Assembly: GCA_965644295.1 (NCBI GenBank)
Contig: CBFFRP010000188.1
Coordinates: 11,658-75,657 of the forward strand
Direction: 5' to 3'
DNA from: Paraphysomonas bandaiensis
Taxonomy: Eukaryota > Protista > Chrysophyceae
Length of the DNA: 64,000 bases
A program made the position numbers and the translations under genes. Under the pieces are notes generated by a model. That model had not been told where the DNA came from. It saw nothing but the letters and a program-made list of their open reading frames with translations, and made no database searches. Positions within the stretch are counted from its first letter, which is position 1. Every line of letters begins with the position of its first letter. Positions 12,950-26,220 of the stretch are shown here, piece after piece.

Positions 12950-13590
12950 GCACAGAGTGAATACATACATCATACAATACTTATATAGTCCCTGTGTGCC
13001 GTATGGTGCGCACAGAGTGAACGCATATATCATATACCACATATATAGTCCTTGCGTGTTGTATGAGGGGCTAAGTGTGACACTCCACACCATATAACAC
13101 AAACATAGCCCATGTGTGTTGCATGAAGAGCACAGAGTGAACATTCACATCATATATCACATATAGAGTCTCTGTGCGTTGCGTAAAGTACACACAGCAA
13201 ACATACAGATCATATACCACATACATGGTCTCTATGTGCTGTATAAAGCACGGTTGCACCATGGTGCTCGCAGCGATGCACAAGCAGCCCCGAGACGGTT
13301 GCCCGCCACTAGTAGTATATAGCAAGTCCAGTTATTAGTTAGTCTATAAATGTAAAACTAGTTTCTGCACACAGCCGTTCTCATGTAATAATCAGACTTT
13401 CTCACTGCTGTATAAAGCACGCATAGTGAATATACATAGTGTATACCACATCTATATCACATCGTCCCAGTGTGTGTATGAAGTACACAGAGCGAAGACA
13501 CAGAACATATACCACATCTCTAGACCTTGAACTGTTGAATGAACACACTGAGTGCATACAGAAAACATGAACCACACATAGTGTCACTAT
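12950..13590 (+). repeat. Degenerate ~60-bp minisatellite, interrupted by a retroelement tail
   Basis: Units start GCACAGAGTGAA-like at 12950, 13010, 13070, 13130 and 13190; the array resumes after 13421. Confidence 0.85.
13253..13405 (+). mobile_element. 5'-truncated retroelement tail (family A / LINE-related) with 16-bp TSD
   Basis: TGCTGTATAAAGCACG at 13237-13252 and 13406-13421. The insert begins GTTGCACCATGGTGCTCGCAGCGATGCACAAGCAGC and ends TAATAATCAGACTTTCTCAC. Confidence 0.9.
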
Positions 13591-14598
13591 ATAGCTGGTT
13601 AATAGGTAATCTATGCTGATATGCCATAAGATGGCGACTTCAACTTTCGTGAAAACACAGTCCTATAATATTGAAACGAGAATACCTATAATAATAAAAA
13701 TAACAAGGTTATGTGTTGGCAATAGCATCATAATAATATAAAACAGCAAAATGCAACAAGAGACAATGTAACGCACTTACATACTCTTCCACTCAATCGC
13801 ACTTACACTTCAACGCAGATGATACAAACACAGTGAAGCCATATATCCCACAGATGTGATCACCTCTGCTGAAAGCATCAACTGCAATGAGATCCCTCGC
13901 ACTCTTCGACCACCTGAAGGAGATTATATCCATATACACACTATGAATAATGACCTTACAGGAAGTGACCGCAACTCTCAGCACATCACCAGGTTCAGTA
14001 ATACCAGGAACACATCCCTCTCACTCCCCATCATATGATGTGACTAACCATCGGAAGCATCCACTCTATGTATGGGTGTGTTTATTCTGACAGGATTTGA
14101 CCTAACACTTCATTCCTATGATTCTTTCCCTGGTCATGTATGTATGTGTCTGTACATGTATGTACAGTATGTCGTATGTACTGTATGTGTATGTATGTGA
14201 AAATCCAAATCTGATAAAAACTGAAGAAAAAAAATGACACTTCCGAAAAACAGCGACTGATATATACAGAAAAAATTAGTTATTTCACATACAAAACCCC
14301 ACATATAAATTATTTTCTGAGTAGAAAAAGGGGATTTATATTTTGTTGGAAAAAAATTTCTTCTATTGTATTCCACTGTATTCTATTGTATACATAGGAA
14401 AAAGAGTGGCTGATATTGTCATACTTTGAAGCGTATAAATTCATACATAAGCTCGTATGGTCCAGTCCAGTCTCTCGTCTCATACATACATACATACATA
14501 CATATACATATACTCACATGAGCTCAATGGCAGTGTAATGAACCATCTCATACATACATACATACCACTATTATATTAAATATATTAAGTAAATTAAT

Positions 14599-15315
14599 AT
14601 GTCAACTTGTGTTTTTACTAAACCATGTGTAGATCAAGAGATTAAATCACTCTCTGTAAGTGATCCCTATAACTTTATCAGTGGATTGGAGGGATATGTC
14701 AATGAGCAGATATCAAACACCACATATGACTTTATAGCCAATAAATCTCTATTAAAGTTATATCAGTGTTATCCTGAACTTCAATCTATTGATAAGATTG
14801 CTCAAGTATTGGTACTCTCATTGATGCGTCTCCCATCCACTGATTACTTGGCTCTCTCTTGTCTCGTGCCTGGAAGATTGATGGCTTCCAATCAAAACTT
14901 GAAGGCAATACAGACATGCTCAGATTTACTAGAATCGGGGAAATTTCCTGAAGTTTGGGATCATATTAGAAGCTGTCCTGATGCCTTTAATGTCAAGTCA
15001 TTCAATGATCGCATTCGTGCGTTTATTCTCGGGAACATGTGCCTCACCTTTCGTAATACTAAGGTGGAGCAGTTTTGCCAAATGCTAAGCCTCAGTGAGT
15101 CAGAAGTAATGCAGTTATCTGCATCCTGCCCTGGACAGTTTGAGGTAGGAAAGAATAGTTGCTTTTGTGTAGTTTTAAATGAATTCTCTCAGGTTAAGTC
15201 TGGCGTCGTTACCTTCCATTCCACTGAGACGCATGGTGCTGGCAATAAATTTGAAGGAAGCCTAAGATTAGATGAAATTCTTCGACTGATGAAAACTGTG
15301 AAAACAATCGAGTGA
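14599..15315 (+). CDS. EIF3K: Eukaryotic translation initiation factor 3 subunit K
   Basis: YVNEQ...YDFIANKSLLKLYQCYP and LMRLPSTDY, PCI-like; probable in-frame intron ~15145-15192; start codon uncertain. Confidence 0.85.
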   Translation: MSTCVFTKPCVDQEIKSLSVSDPYNFISGLEGYVNEQISNTTYDFIANKSLLKLYQCYPELQSIDKIAQVLVLSLMRLPSTDYLALSCLVPGRLMASNQNLKAIQTCSDLLESGKFPEVWDHIRSCPDAFNVKSFNDRIRAFILGNMCLTFRNTKVEQFCQMLSLSESEVMQLSASCPGQFEVGKNSCFCVVLNEFSQVKSGVVTFHSTETHGAGNKFEGSLRLDEILRLMKTVKTIE

Positions 15316-15863
15316 ATGTATTTAATCGCGCATTTTTCTTAACTGTCACTCAGTGGCATGGGACGGAGAGTGTTAGGAGCGAAATTGCATATATTTTGAT
15401 AATAAGCAGAAACGACAATGTGCAACCTAAGTATGTTTCATTGCATATTTTCACATGAGCCATATTGAAGCAGTTGATTCTTGCGCGCTTATTGTTATGA
15501 AGTTGTTGCTGGTTTTTAGTTGCAACGTTTGAGGCTGTCATGAAAGGCAGAAGTCTACTTTCCTTAAATTCTATTAAATCAGTAGTTAGACACGACAAAC
15601 AGAAATTAGATCTCTGTATTAGCTATATATATTACGTTATGTTGTGTTTTGGTCGTAATGTGACGTAGTAGAACGTGGAATCGTATTTCCATACCTATAT
15701 CGAATACTCTTGAAACAATTACATAAGCTGAAAATGCGGATACTTTTATCAGTCCACAATTAATTACTAGACAAAATATAGTTATATATATTGTCCTATA
15801 TACTAAATGCTAAAATTAAAGACAAGTAAGACCTTGCTAAGGGGAATAATGAACATCTGATTA

Positions 15864-16323
15864 AGTAGTGAATGTCTGATTATTAGCAATATAGGCGTGT
15901 AAGAGTCAGAACTAGAGTAGCAATACCATGTAACTAACAAGTGCTTTACTCTGACATCCTACTATTTAACGCTACGAAAGCTGCTTGTGCGTCACCGCAA
16001 GCACAAAGGTGCAACCACTTTTGTTCTCTGTCCTTTAGATGAACTGCCCGGGTGCTTGACTTCAGCAGGCAGTCCAATACCCCAGATGTCCTTCAGGTGG
16101 GCCCATTCCCGGATGCCTGTTTCTTCATCAGGGGCCCAAAGACGTCTACAGAAGTGACACTTATCAGTGTCCCTTGTACCACACAAGCATTTGGCTATGA
16201 ATGAGCAGAACAATATCTACTGACTATATATGCGGCTCACGCATATATATTTTCCTGGAGAAATGTCTCCGGTAATTATCCCCCTAACACCACGAAAAGG
16301 TGCGACTCCGACTTTGTTGAGGG
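15864..16323 (-). mobile_element. Full-length family A ribozyme-headed SINE-like element (460 bp)
   Basis: Colinear with 57845-58305; TSD ACAT(C/T)TGATTA at 15853-15863 and 16324-16334; 5' end CCCTCAAC. Confidence 0.9.
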
Positions 16324-16754
16324 ACATTTGATTATATTTAATGGTTCGGATTGAACACTTAATCAGGGATCGATCTTTTGTTGATGAGAGGTGTGTTTGT
16401 GGTGTGGTGTCCATTAGTTGGATAGGGCGGCGGAAAACTAGATGTATTGAGAATCGAGATACATTATTCACTATTCAAACGAGTCAACATTTAGTCGTAC
16501 CTCGTCACAAATGGTGCTCACTATAGCTACGCATTACAGGACAGCTCATATGGTGACTCACTCACATTCGTAGCATGGTAAAATGAGAATTAACCATTAA
16601 CTTATTTTTACATTATTACTCAAGTAGAAGTTCAGCAGCTGTGGCCGAACGGCCAAAGTCACCCAATATAATGCTTTTTCACAGAGGACTACTTTGTATA
16701 TATCCAAATAAGACATATCCACGGACGAATATTCTAGAACAGACTATAATGATA

Positions 16755-19700
16755 CTAGAGTAGGCTATTCCTTGTTTCTTCCAGCTTCTTCATGATTTCT
16801 GTGGGAGTCCTGTTGAGGCTATCAGCAATCTCTTCCTGTTTTGAAGCAGGCATACGTGCATATTGTTCGCAAAGGTCGCCATCAACCGTATCTTTCACAG
16901 GCTGGAAATATGATCTGTATGAGCAGTGGTCTCTACGAACGAGACTGGGACACTCCTGCCGTAGACACAACTCTAGATGCTGGAATAAATCCAAATCGTC
17001 CGTTCTACGAAAAGGTACAAAAGCGTATATACCACCCATGACAGTTGCCGCAATGATAGCTTGATCTCCCCCGGACACAAGCGAACTCTTCACCATCGCC
17101 GTCACCATTTCACCAACATGGAAGTGTGTCAAAATCTGCGCTTTGGTAGGGGCGCCATTCAAAAGGCCTTGATCCCAAAGCAACCTGGACCCCACCGGGT
17201 TATCGATATTATCATTAGTTTTGTATGGCAGCTGGAGAACCCAGACATTTCCAAACTTGTCTGCTCCGGCAACAGTGTCGTAGTCAAGGATACAGGATGA
17301 AGTCATGAATCTGGGTACATCACCATGAGCGCGACATACTAACTAAAGCTGAGATTACCTTGGTGAGCACTCATTCGCAAATATAATCAGGGAGTTGTCT
17401 TGCTTTCTGTACTTGACAAAATGCACCGATTCGGACAAATCATTGGCGTATATCCTATCGCCGTTGACAAGTAGTTTCACAATACCACTCGAAAACCCCT
17501 TGTTCTCACATTTTTTCAGAAGCTTTTTCTTACCGAGTTCGAATAGTCGCATCGATTTACCAGCACCTGTATCAAAAGTATTAGTCCAGCATTTCCAAAC
17601 CAGGAAGAGAGAATTTACCAACTAAAAGCTTTCCCTGAAATTCACACATTGCCATTGGAACTTCTTCCAAACATGTCTTATGAAGGAGCTGCAACCTATT
17701 CTCACGAAAGCGATAGACATGAACGTATCCTGAATAAAATTTAAGAGTCTCATAATGGCAGTATGTACAGTCCATACCGCACGCAACGCTTCTGGGATGA
17801 AGAGTCATATCCTTCGCAGTCCCTACAACTATGAACCTTTCCTCCGAAACATGAGAGAAGACACATGTACAGATAGAAAACGCAGCTTCATTGTCAGTTA
17901 ACTGAAGAAGCTCCAGAGTGGAATTTGATACAGGATCCATTATTCGAACACAGGAGGCCCAATGACCATCAGTTGGTGGCACCAACCCACGAATAGGAAT
18001 GCCATTTTTAAGGTCACTCTCTCTTTCAGTTTTCTCTTTAGACTCTTCAGTTTCCATACAGCCATTAGAAACGTCCATCACTTCACTTTCATTGATTCCG
18101 TTTTGAAGCTTCGACTCAGAACTAGAAGTCCCCAGTAATTTCGTCGTGACCTTTGCTGCCTTTTCCTTCTCATCCTCCCCATACTCATTGTGATCAGTCT
18201 CTATAACTGCCACATAAGTAGTGTCCGGAAGCCGTATCATCTTTCGCGGAGTGTGCCGCAATGGGTGCACTGTCTGATTGAACATTGCACCGAGGTTGTC
18301 TATCGCTACAATACGCAGGGTATTGGATACTATCACCACCACACCCTCAGGACAAACTTTAGATGCAAAGTTCGATGCGAAATCAAGAGTCTCATACGAT
18401 ATGGGTGCCTGGAAGTATCTGCCTTGATAATTGCATAGCAACCACGATCGTGTTGACAGTGCAAGTATCCCTCGACGACCACGCACCATCACTCGAAATA
18501 ATTTAACTGGTTTTACACCCAGAACACGTTGTCTTGAGTTCGATATAGTTCCCGCGGTTCTATCCACTGAGTATCTACAAAGCATCCCACTTACAAGACC
18601 GACGTGCAGGTACATGGTCAACGAACTAGACGAACTTTCTGCCTCTGGTGTAATAGCGCCGGACTCGCATTCCATGTGAACAAGGCAGACAGACTCGGGA
18701 CGTTTTGAAAGCGATAATGTCGATCTCATGACGAGTAAATCATCGGGTTCCAAGGACAGGATTAGTACCGTGTTGTCCCAGCTCCCCACTGCCAGAAAGG
18801 GCGACCTTAGCATTCCTGGTGGCACCTCACCAATGTCCAAACATGCTACCTCATGCCCTAGATCATGAGTTTTCATTTCAACCAACTGACCCGCTTGGTC
18901 AATCTCAAAGTATATTAACTCCCCGCCCGCAAGAGACACGACAACCTGTCTAGAGTTGGCGGATGCTTTCTCGATCTGCTTTTTTCCAGGAGTTTTCCAA
19001 TCACTGATGCGATGGTCACCGTTCCCATTCATGTCAGGACGAATGTGTCTGATACCAGTTGGATGGACCTAAATGAAGGAAATTATTCAAATTAACACAA
19101 ACAGTGAGGACCAAGATGTATACCTGTAGCAGTGCATTGTCAGCCAGTAGCACCACATCTAAAGTTGGAACGGATGCCAGGAAGCCAGAGTCCGTAAATT
19201 CCTCAATAGTATCCCCAATTGAAAGTACGAGAGTAGAGTTACTAAAAGATACTATAATATACTTATCGTACTCGCTGTTTTGTTGACTACGGACTGTCCA
19301 TACTGCGCTCGGCCTTCCCGGCAGGTCTGATAACGCCATCTCAGTCACTGAGATGCCGTGCCGTAGTACACGCAACGAGGATCTATTTCCCTTTCCACAA
19401 AGTGAATAAATCTGGGGCGTTCCTTCCCCGCTTAAGTCATCAACCATCATGTCTGTCACCGGCGCCATTGACTCAATCTCGTCCGTGATGGAAAGGTTCT
19501 TGAGGACAGGGGATGCAGTGAAACTTACAGCAACGCGACAGGCAGAAATGGAGTCATGGCCCAGCTCTTCGTTCATCTTTTTATCAACGCTGTGAGCAAC
19601 TACGGTAGCCTCGTCCTCTCCTAAGTTCTGAAATCTCAGCAGCAAGTGATTTCCGAATTCGCTAGCTGAGAATAACATCGCCGTATTGGTGATACAGAGA

Positions 19701-20880
19701 GAGACGGCTGGAGGTAGTGTGTCAAACACTTTCACGACCACATCAGTAACAGTCTTGTCGGTGGGATTCCACGCGAGATTTACCATATAAAGGTCACCTA
19801 GTTCAGACTGGAGCATGAAGAAGAAATCTCCATTTTGCTTGTGCATTGCAGCAGACGTAATGAGCAACCCCTTCTGCACAGGCATGTCGCTTCGACGGGG
19901 CAAGGCAGTACGTACCTCAGGGTGCCCACGGTTCCTATATGCTACCCAATTCTCCCCACACATCAGCACACCGGAGGGTCCATCAACACCCCCAGGAACG
20001 GTCAGCAGCATGTTGGCAGCACGAGAAATCGGCTCCGAACACTTACGTACGACTTGGCTATTATCCAAATCAAGCTCGTAGTAGGTGAGGCTCTTAACTG
20101 CCTTCACTTCTGCCTCTCTTGATTGGCCGTTCACAACTTCTCTCTGCTCTAGTTCTATCATAGCAAACATAGGATTGCTAAGTCCGACATCGACACCACA
20201 TATTGAAAATACGATTGTTTCCGCTCTATGCGCCTCCAAAGGAGATGATATGGATAATCCATTGGCTGAGTCTGGGGTGGTGATACACACAAACCTCTGC
20301 TTCTCAATACTCGCTGAAATCAATATCAGATAATAATAAAATCACTTGAAGACTACCTATCATTAAGGCTCGCCCCATCGGGTCAGCGGCAAGATATTGT
20401 CCAGGGGCATATCTACGGCACCCGGTCTTACCGATACCTTTACATTGCACAGTTTTCCAATCATTTATCTCCATATCATACTCGATTATAGTTATCTTCC
20501 CAGAGTCTGATCCAACAACCACATAATCCTTATTCACACCTACTCATACATACCACTATATCATGTATATCATATGATTATATGGTAGATATACATACCT
20601 TGTATGCGGTATGTTAAGAGAGACTTAATGACAGCGAAGAGAGGCGTCTCGCATATAGAGATTAGCTTTCCATATTCATCTGGTCTTAAGAGTTCTAATG
20701 TACTTCCTCTAGCAATAACTATCTCTTCATTATTACGACATGAAAAATTCCCTGTATATATAGAGAGAGTGATGAGTATGTATGTATGTATGTATGTATG
20801 TATGTATGAGGGCTCATCGTACCGTGTATAGCAGTTATGATAGCGGATGGCTTCTGTAAATTAAGTGAAAGTAAATGCAT
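16755..20880 (-). CDS. SF3B3: Splicing factor 3B subunit 3 (SAP130/Rse1), multi-exon
   Basis: DYVVVGSDSG, GKTGCRR..PGQYLAADP.GRA, SSPLEAH, YYELDL, SEFGNH, SSLRVLRHG, DYDTVAGADKFGN, RSYFQPVKDTVDGDLCEQY and KKLEETRN. Confidence 0.95.
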
Positions 20881-21017
20881 TGTGTGGAGCTGAAGTGACA
20901 CCTGTAGAAGTGTATATGAGATCAGCTGCACTGCATGAACTTCATATGAGTTTAAAGTGAAGACAGCCTTGCAAACAATAAATACACTGTACTCATATAC
21001 ACATACCTACCTACATA

Positions 21018-21092
21018 CTACATACATACATACATACATACATACATACATACATACATACATACATACATACACTATACATACATACATAA

Positions 21093-21123
<31 letters not shown>

Positions 21124-21366
21124 CATACATACATACATACATACATACATACATACATACATACATACATACATACATACATACATACATACATACATAC
21201 ATACATACATACATACATACATACATACATACATACATACATACATACATACATACATACATACATACATACATACATACATACATACATACATACATAC
21301 ATACATACATACATACATACATACATACATACATACATACATACATACATACATACATACATACAT
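21018..21366. repeat. (ACAT)n microsatellite
   Basis: Near-perfect tetranucleotide array upstream of SF3B3. Confidence 0.98.
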
Positions 21367-22381
21367 TCATACGGACTGCTTTATCTTCGGAATTATCGCT
21401 GGCTCTACCATTTTTCCAGAAGGTCTTCGCGAAGTCAGGGCACCTAGTGTTTAAGTTGCCTAGTATGTCTTCTATCAGAGTATGGCTGTGAGCTTCTGAT
21501 GGAGGGGAAGCTCCAGGGACCCTCTGATGAACATGAGAGTATGGTATATGAGGCTATCTTATATAAAAGACGCCCATATTCTTGCATGATATGGTAGTTC
21601 ATTGCTATCGGTAGTAATGTTGTCCATGATTATGTCAATTTACATGTAGTGTAAGTATATCCGAGAACGGAGATTGACTGTCGTACAGCTGCCGTATCCA
21701 GTGTTAAGATATATATGGAGTACCGGAACGGTCATGTGTACTCCATTCCTACATCCCAGCCGTCTCCGCCACTCGTGTTGCTCACGAAGTGTTGGAACAT
21801 ACTCCCGACTGGTGTGTTCTGTTAACGGACGCATGCTTGGAATCCTATTTTGGGCGATTCCGGTTACTGGCTGACATACCGAAAGTGAATATTAACACTC
21901 TGGTGAGCTGAAGACCAGTTCTGGAATAGGTGATACAGTAGCCAGAATGGTCTTGTCAAAACGAAAAGCGCTCGCTTTTTCTAGTTGGGAAAATTTGAAA
22001 AGCCGGGTGCGGAGCAGCGTGTGGAAGTTTAGTTGAATCGCTTGCTAGAAGTTCTCTTTCTATCATTCCGTCTATTTTAGCTAGTTTTCTTGTTTTGAAA
22101 TATTTCGTGGCCTTGCTTCTCAGTAGCTACTTTGACTTTATAATTGGATAGTACTTTAGAAGTATACCCATTCGCCCCTTAGGTACACACACGATCTCTG
22201 CACAGAAGTACAATACTATGAAAACACTAATTAACATTAACAGTGAGGCACTTTAAAATCATACTTATATCTTACAAAACAACAACTGCAGAACATATTA
22301 GAGCAGAACACATTGAGTACTTATTCTAGTTAGAGCTGGTATGCCCTAACCCCGAACTGCACCATAGAGAATCTTAGGTAG

Positions 22382-22573
22382 AGTGAATGTCTTGTTATTA
22401 GCAATAGGCGTGTAAGAGTCAGAACTAATGTAGTAAAACAATTTAACTACTAGTGCTTAACTCTGATATCCTACTATTTAGTGCTACGAAAGTTGCTTGT
22501 GCGTCACCGCAAGCACCAAGGTGCAACCACTTTCGATCTATCACTCAATACCTGACATCTGATGACTTCAGGA
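22382..22573 (-). mobile_element. 5'-truncated family A copy
   Basis: Contains the conserved 3' module and terminal GACATTCACT; degenerate flanking direct repeat (14/18) at 22364-22381 and 22574-22591. Confidence 0.85.
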
Positions 22574-23716
22574 ATACAGAATCCTAAGCAGTACATGTTC
22601 AAAATTGTACTACACATTAAGGTAACCGTTAAAATTCAAATGTAAGCAGTGATACTTTTAAAGCATAACACATAACAATTCGTATATTGTAGTTAGAACT
22701 AGTAAGGTAAAACTAATAGTAATGATGTATAGTGACCGTATAAGAGTCAACGAATGAGAACATTTGACCATAGCTGAAAATTGTGTCTGTTCAACCGTGA
22801 CCATAGAGAATATGTATGGTTGGACATGGTGATTGCTTAGGTGGTATTATATTATATTATAATATAAGGAACTATAATATGTGAATTCAGTAATTATGAG
22901 TTCAATTAGTTGGAAAAGTCTAAACAATATCAAATCGAACATGGTAGCGAGTTTTATTTCTAGCAAAACTGTCATGAAATAATTATCTATATTCGATCAG
23001 TGTGGAGTAGTCAATTGAACTAAGCGCATGAAGATGTGGTTGATAAGGAAAAGAAATATTATAGACTGGAGCTAAATGCTAGTATAAGTATCAAGAAATC
23101 CTGACGGAGTGGCTGGAGCACACCTTCCAGACAAAGTGGCCGAGTGTAGCCAATTTTAGACGCAACTTCCAGACAAAGTGAATTACATCTTGTCGTATTC
23201 ACGTGTAAAATACATGTAAGAGGTATACATGAATCAGTGAATAATATTAATTTGTTACTCATATCATTGGGAGAATATGTCGTCATAAGTCAAATAAAGA
23301 TCCTATATATAGACATAACAAAATAAGGACTATACAAACCATACCAACATAATCCACGAATTTCTGTGTTAATGAAAATCTCTAAGTGAATATATCACTT
23401 TCAGTCATGCTTATTATATCAGATCTCATCGCCTAGATCATATGTGGCATAGCTTGAATTCATTTCACGGTTGTGGACATTATTCGAAATTAGAACAGCA
23501 ATTTCGGTGCTTTAACCATGTTTGAATATGCTACTATTCTTGCCTGTATGTAGACAGTGAACACATGTACACTCGATATTCTACAATGATAACATTTGTC
23601 ACATACAGTATTGATTTCGTATATGGGACGATTATATATTGACTTTAAAAAGCCTAACTGATAAACAAAATAGTCTCTAAGCTTTAAAATCTCAATATTC
23701 GACACAATAAAACAAT

Positions 23717-24913
<1,197 letters not shown>

Positions 24914-25320
24914 TTATATATTCTTAGATGGAGTTATATATGAGGGGAGTGTTGTGATCTATATATATATATATATGTGTATGCATGCATATCATATGAG
25001 TCAATCCACGTCATATCATCATACTATCAGATGTAATTCTATATGCTGCTGTGCTTGTAATCCCTATAAATCGAGGGTTTATAGTAATATAGGTGAATTT
25101 ACTGTTTAAAACCCTAATTTCCTGACACAGACATCTACCTACAGTATATACATGTACATATACGATAGTGCACCATACTAGAAGAGGGATACATACATAT
25201 ATACTTTCTGTATCTATGTGTACATGTATAGAGCACAGGCAGAAGAACACATAGATATATACACATAACACTCATACATTCCCAAACACAGCCTCTCTAT
25301 ATACTCACACATTAATCAAT

Positions 25321-25554
25321 ATGAGAACCGAAGATACTGTTGGAAGTGAATTGGCAATATGCTACTTATCTCAATTTAAATTTATTATTCCTGCAGTTGC
25401 TGTTGGAGCATTTATTGGACGTAAAAATAAATCATACATACCATTTGTATGGAGTATAGTGCTAGGATCTGCTGCTGACTATATGTATGGACGTTGTTAT
25501 GATTGTAAGGCACTTCAAGAAGAGTATGATGCGATGGTAAGTACAAAAAAATGA
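25321..25554 (+). CDS. Small hypothetical membrane protein (77 aa or first exon)
   Basis: ATG ORF with two hydrophobic segments, divergent from GMDS. Confidence 0.5.
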   Translation: MRTEDTVGSELAICYLSQFKFIIPAVAVGAFIGRKNKSYIPFVWSIVLGSAADYMYGRCYDCKALQEEYDAMVSTKK

Positions 25555-26220
25555 GTGAGATGGACTTGCACTTTTTGTTTGAAGTGATATTATACTCATC
25601 TAACTTAATCAGAATTTATACCTTCTTTTCATAATATTATTCTGAAAATAGTAACATGACGCATAACAGGTTATATAGTTTTCGGAAATTATAGTTTTCC
25701 ATATATTCGATAGTCCTGTGCACAACGTAATTTATATGACACTGCTTTGACTAAAATTATTAGCCATACACGAATATTTTTTTCAACGTACAGGACACTA
25801 TTAACATGTGGCTCAGTGTAGAGTGTGATTTATAACTGTTCAACTGATAGGCTATACAGAAATCATGCTCAAGGTTTTTACTTACAGGCAACCATTGTTT
25901 TGAAATGTAACATAATCACTACTACTGCTGGATTCAGATTTTGCTATGTGTTGTTAACACTTCGTAGTTAAATAACTCTACAACTGGCACTAATTCAGTA
26001 ACAGGGATAGCGGCAGAACTAACCACCAACAGGGTCTAAAATCCGTCTGGCATATAGTACTTAAGTATAACTATATATATCGAATGCGAGGTAAAAACTG
26101 TAAAGCAAAAAGAAATTTGCTCGTATATATCAGAAAAGACCTAAGTAAATATACCATTGCATGCCATAGTAATACAATCACTATTGCAACATCAAATTCC
26201 GAATATAACTTATATGCCAG

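Noticed and set aside
12950-13250. CRISPR-like periodic array
   Set aside because: Whole 60-bp units are mutually similar (no unique spacers), the context is eukaryotic, and there are no cas genes.
13790-14040. C/A-rich stretch with short ORFs (also 21470-21900)
   Set aside because: No motif, repeat partner or gene model supports a call.
16095-16140. CUGAUGA...GAAA hammerhead-like core (also CUGAUGA at ~58078 and ~12943)
   Set aside because: No stem II/III with an NUH cleavage triplet, and not conserved across copies.
15992-16471. Short ORFs in family A copies (LNKVGVAPFRGV, SGCTLVLAATHK) as a TnpB/Fanzor or other protein
   Set aside because: Frames differ between copies, indels are not multiples of three, and there are no RuvC or other motifs; conservation fits RNA structure.
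16636-16670. tRNA-Ser-like 5' fragment GCAGCTGTGGCCGAACGG
   Set aside because: No T-arm/B box or acceptor-stem complement.
19030-19125. Apparent frameshifts between SF3B3 ORF fragments (likewise in lacZ, DLD, NOP9)
   Set aside because: Explained by short GT-AG introns.
20957-21454. YIHT/MYVC repeat ORFs (also 48485-48964)
   Set aside because: These are translations of (ACAT)n microsatellites.
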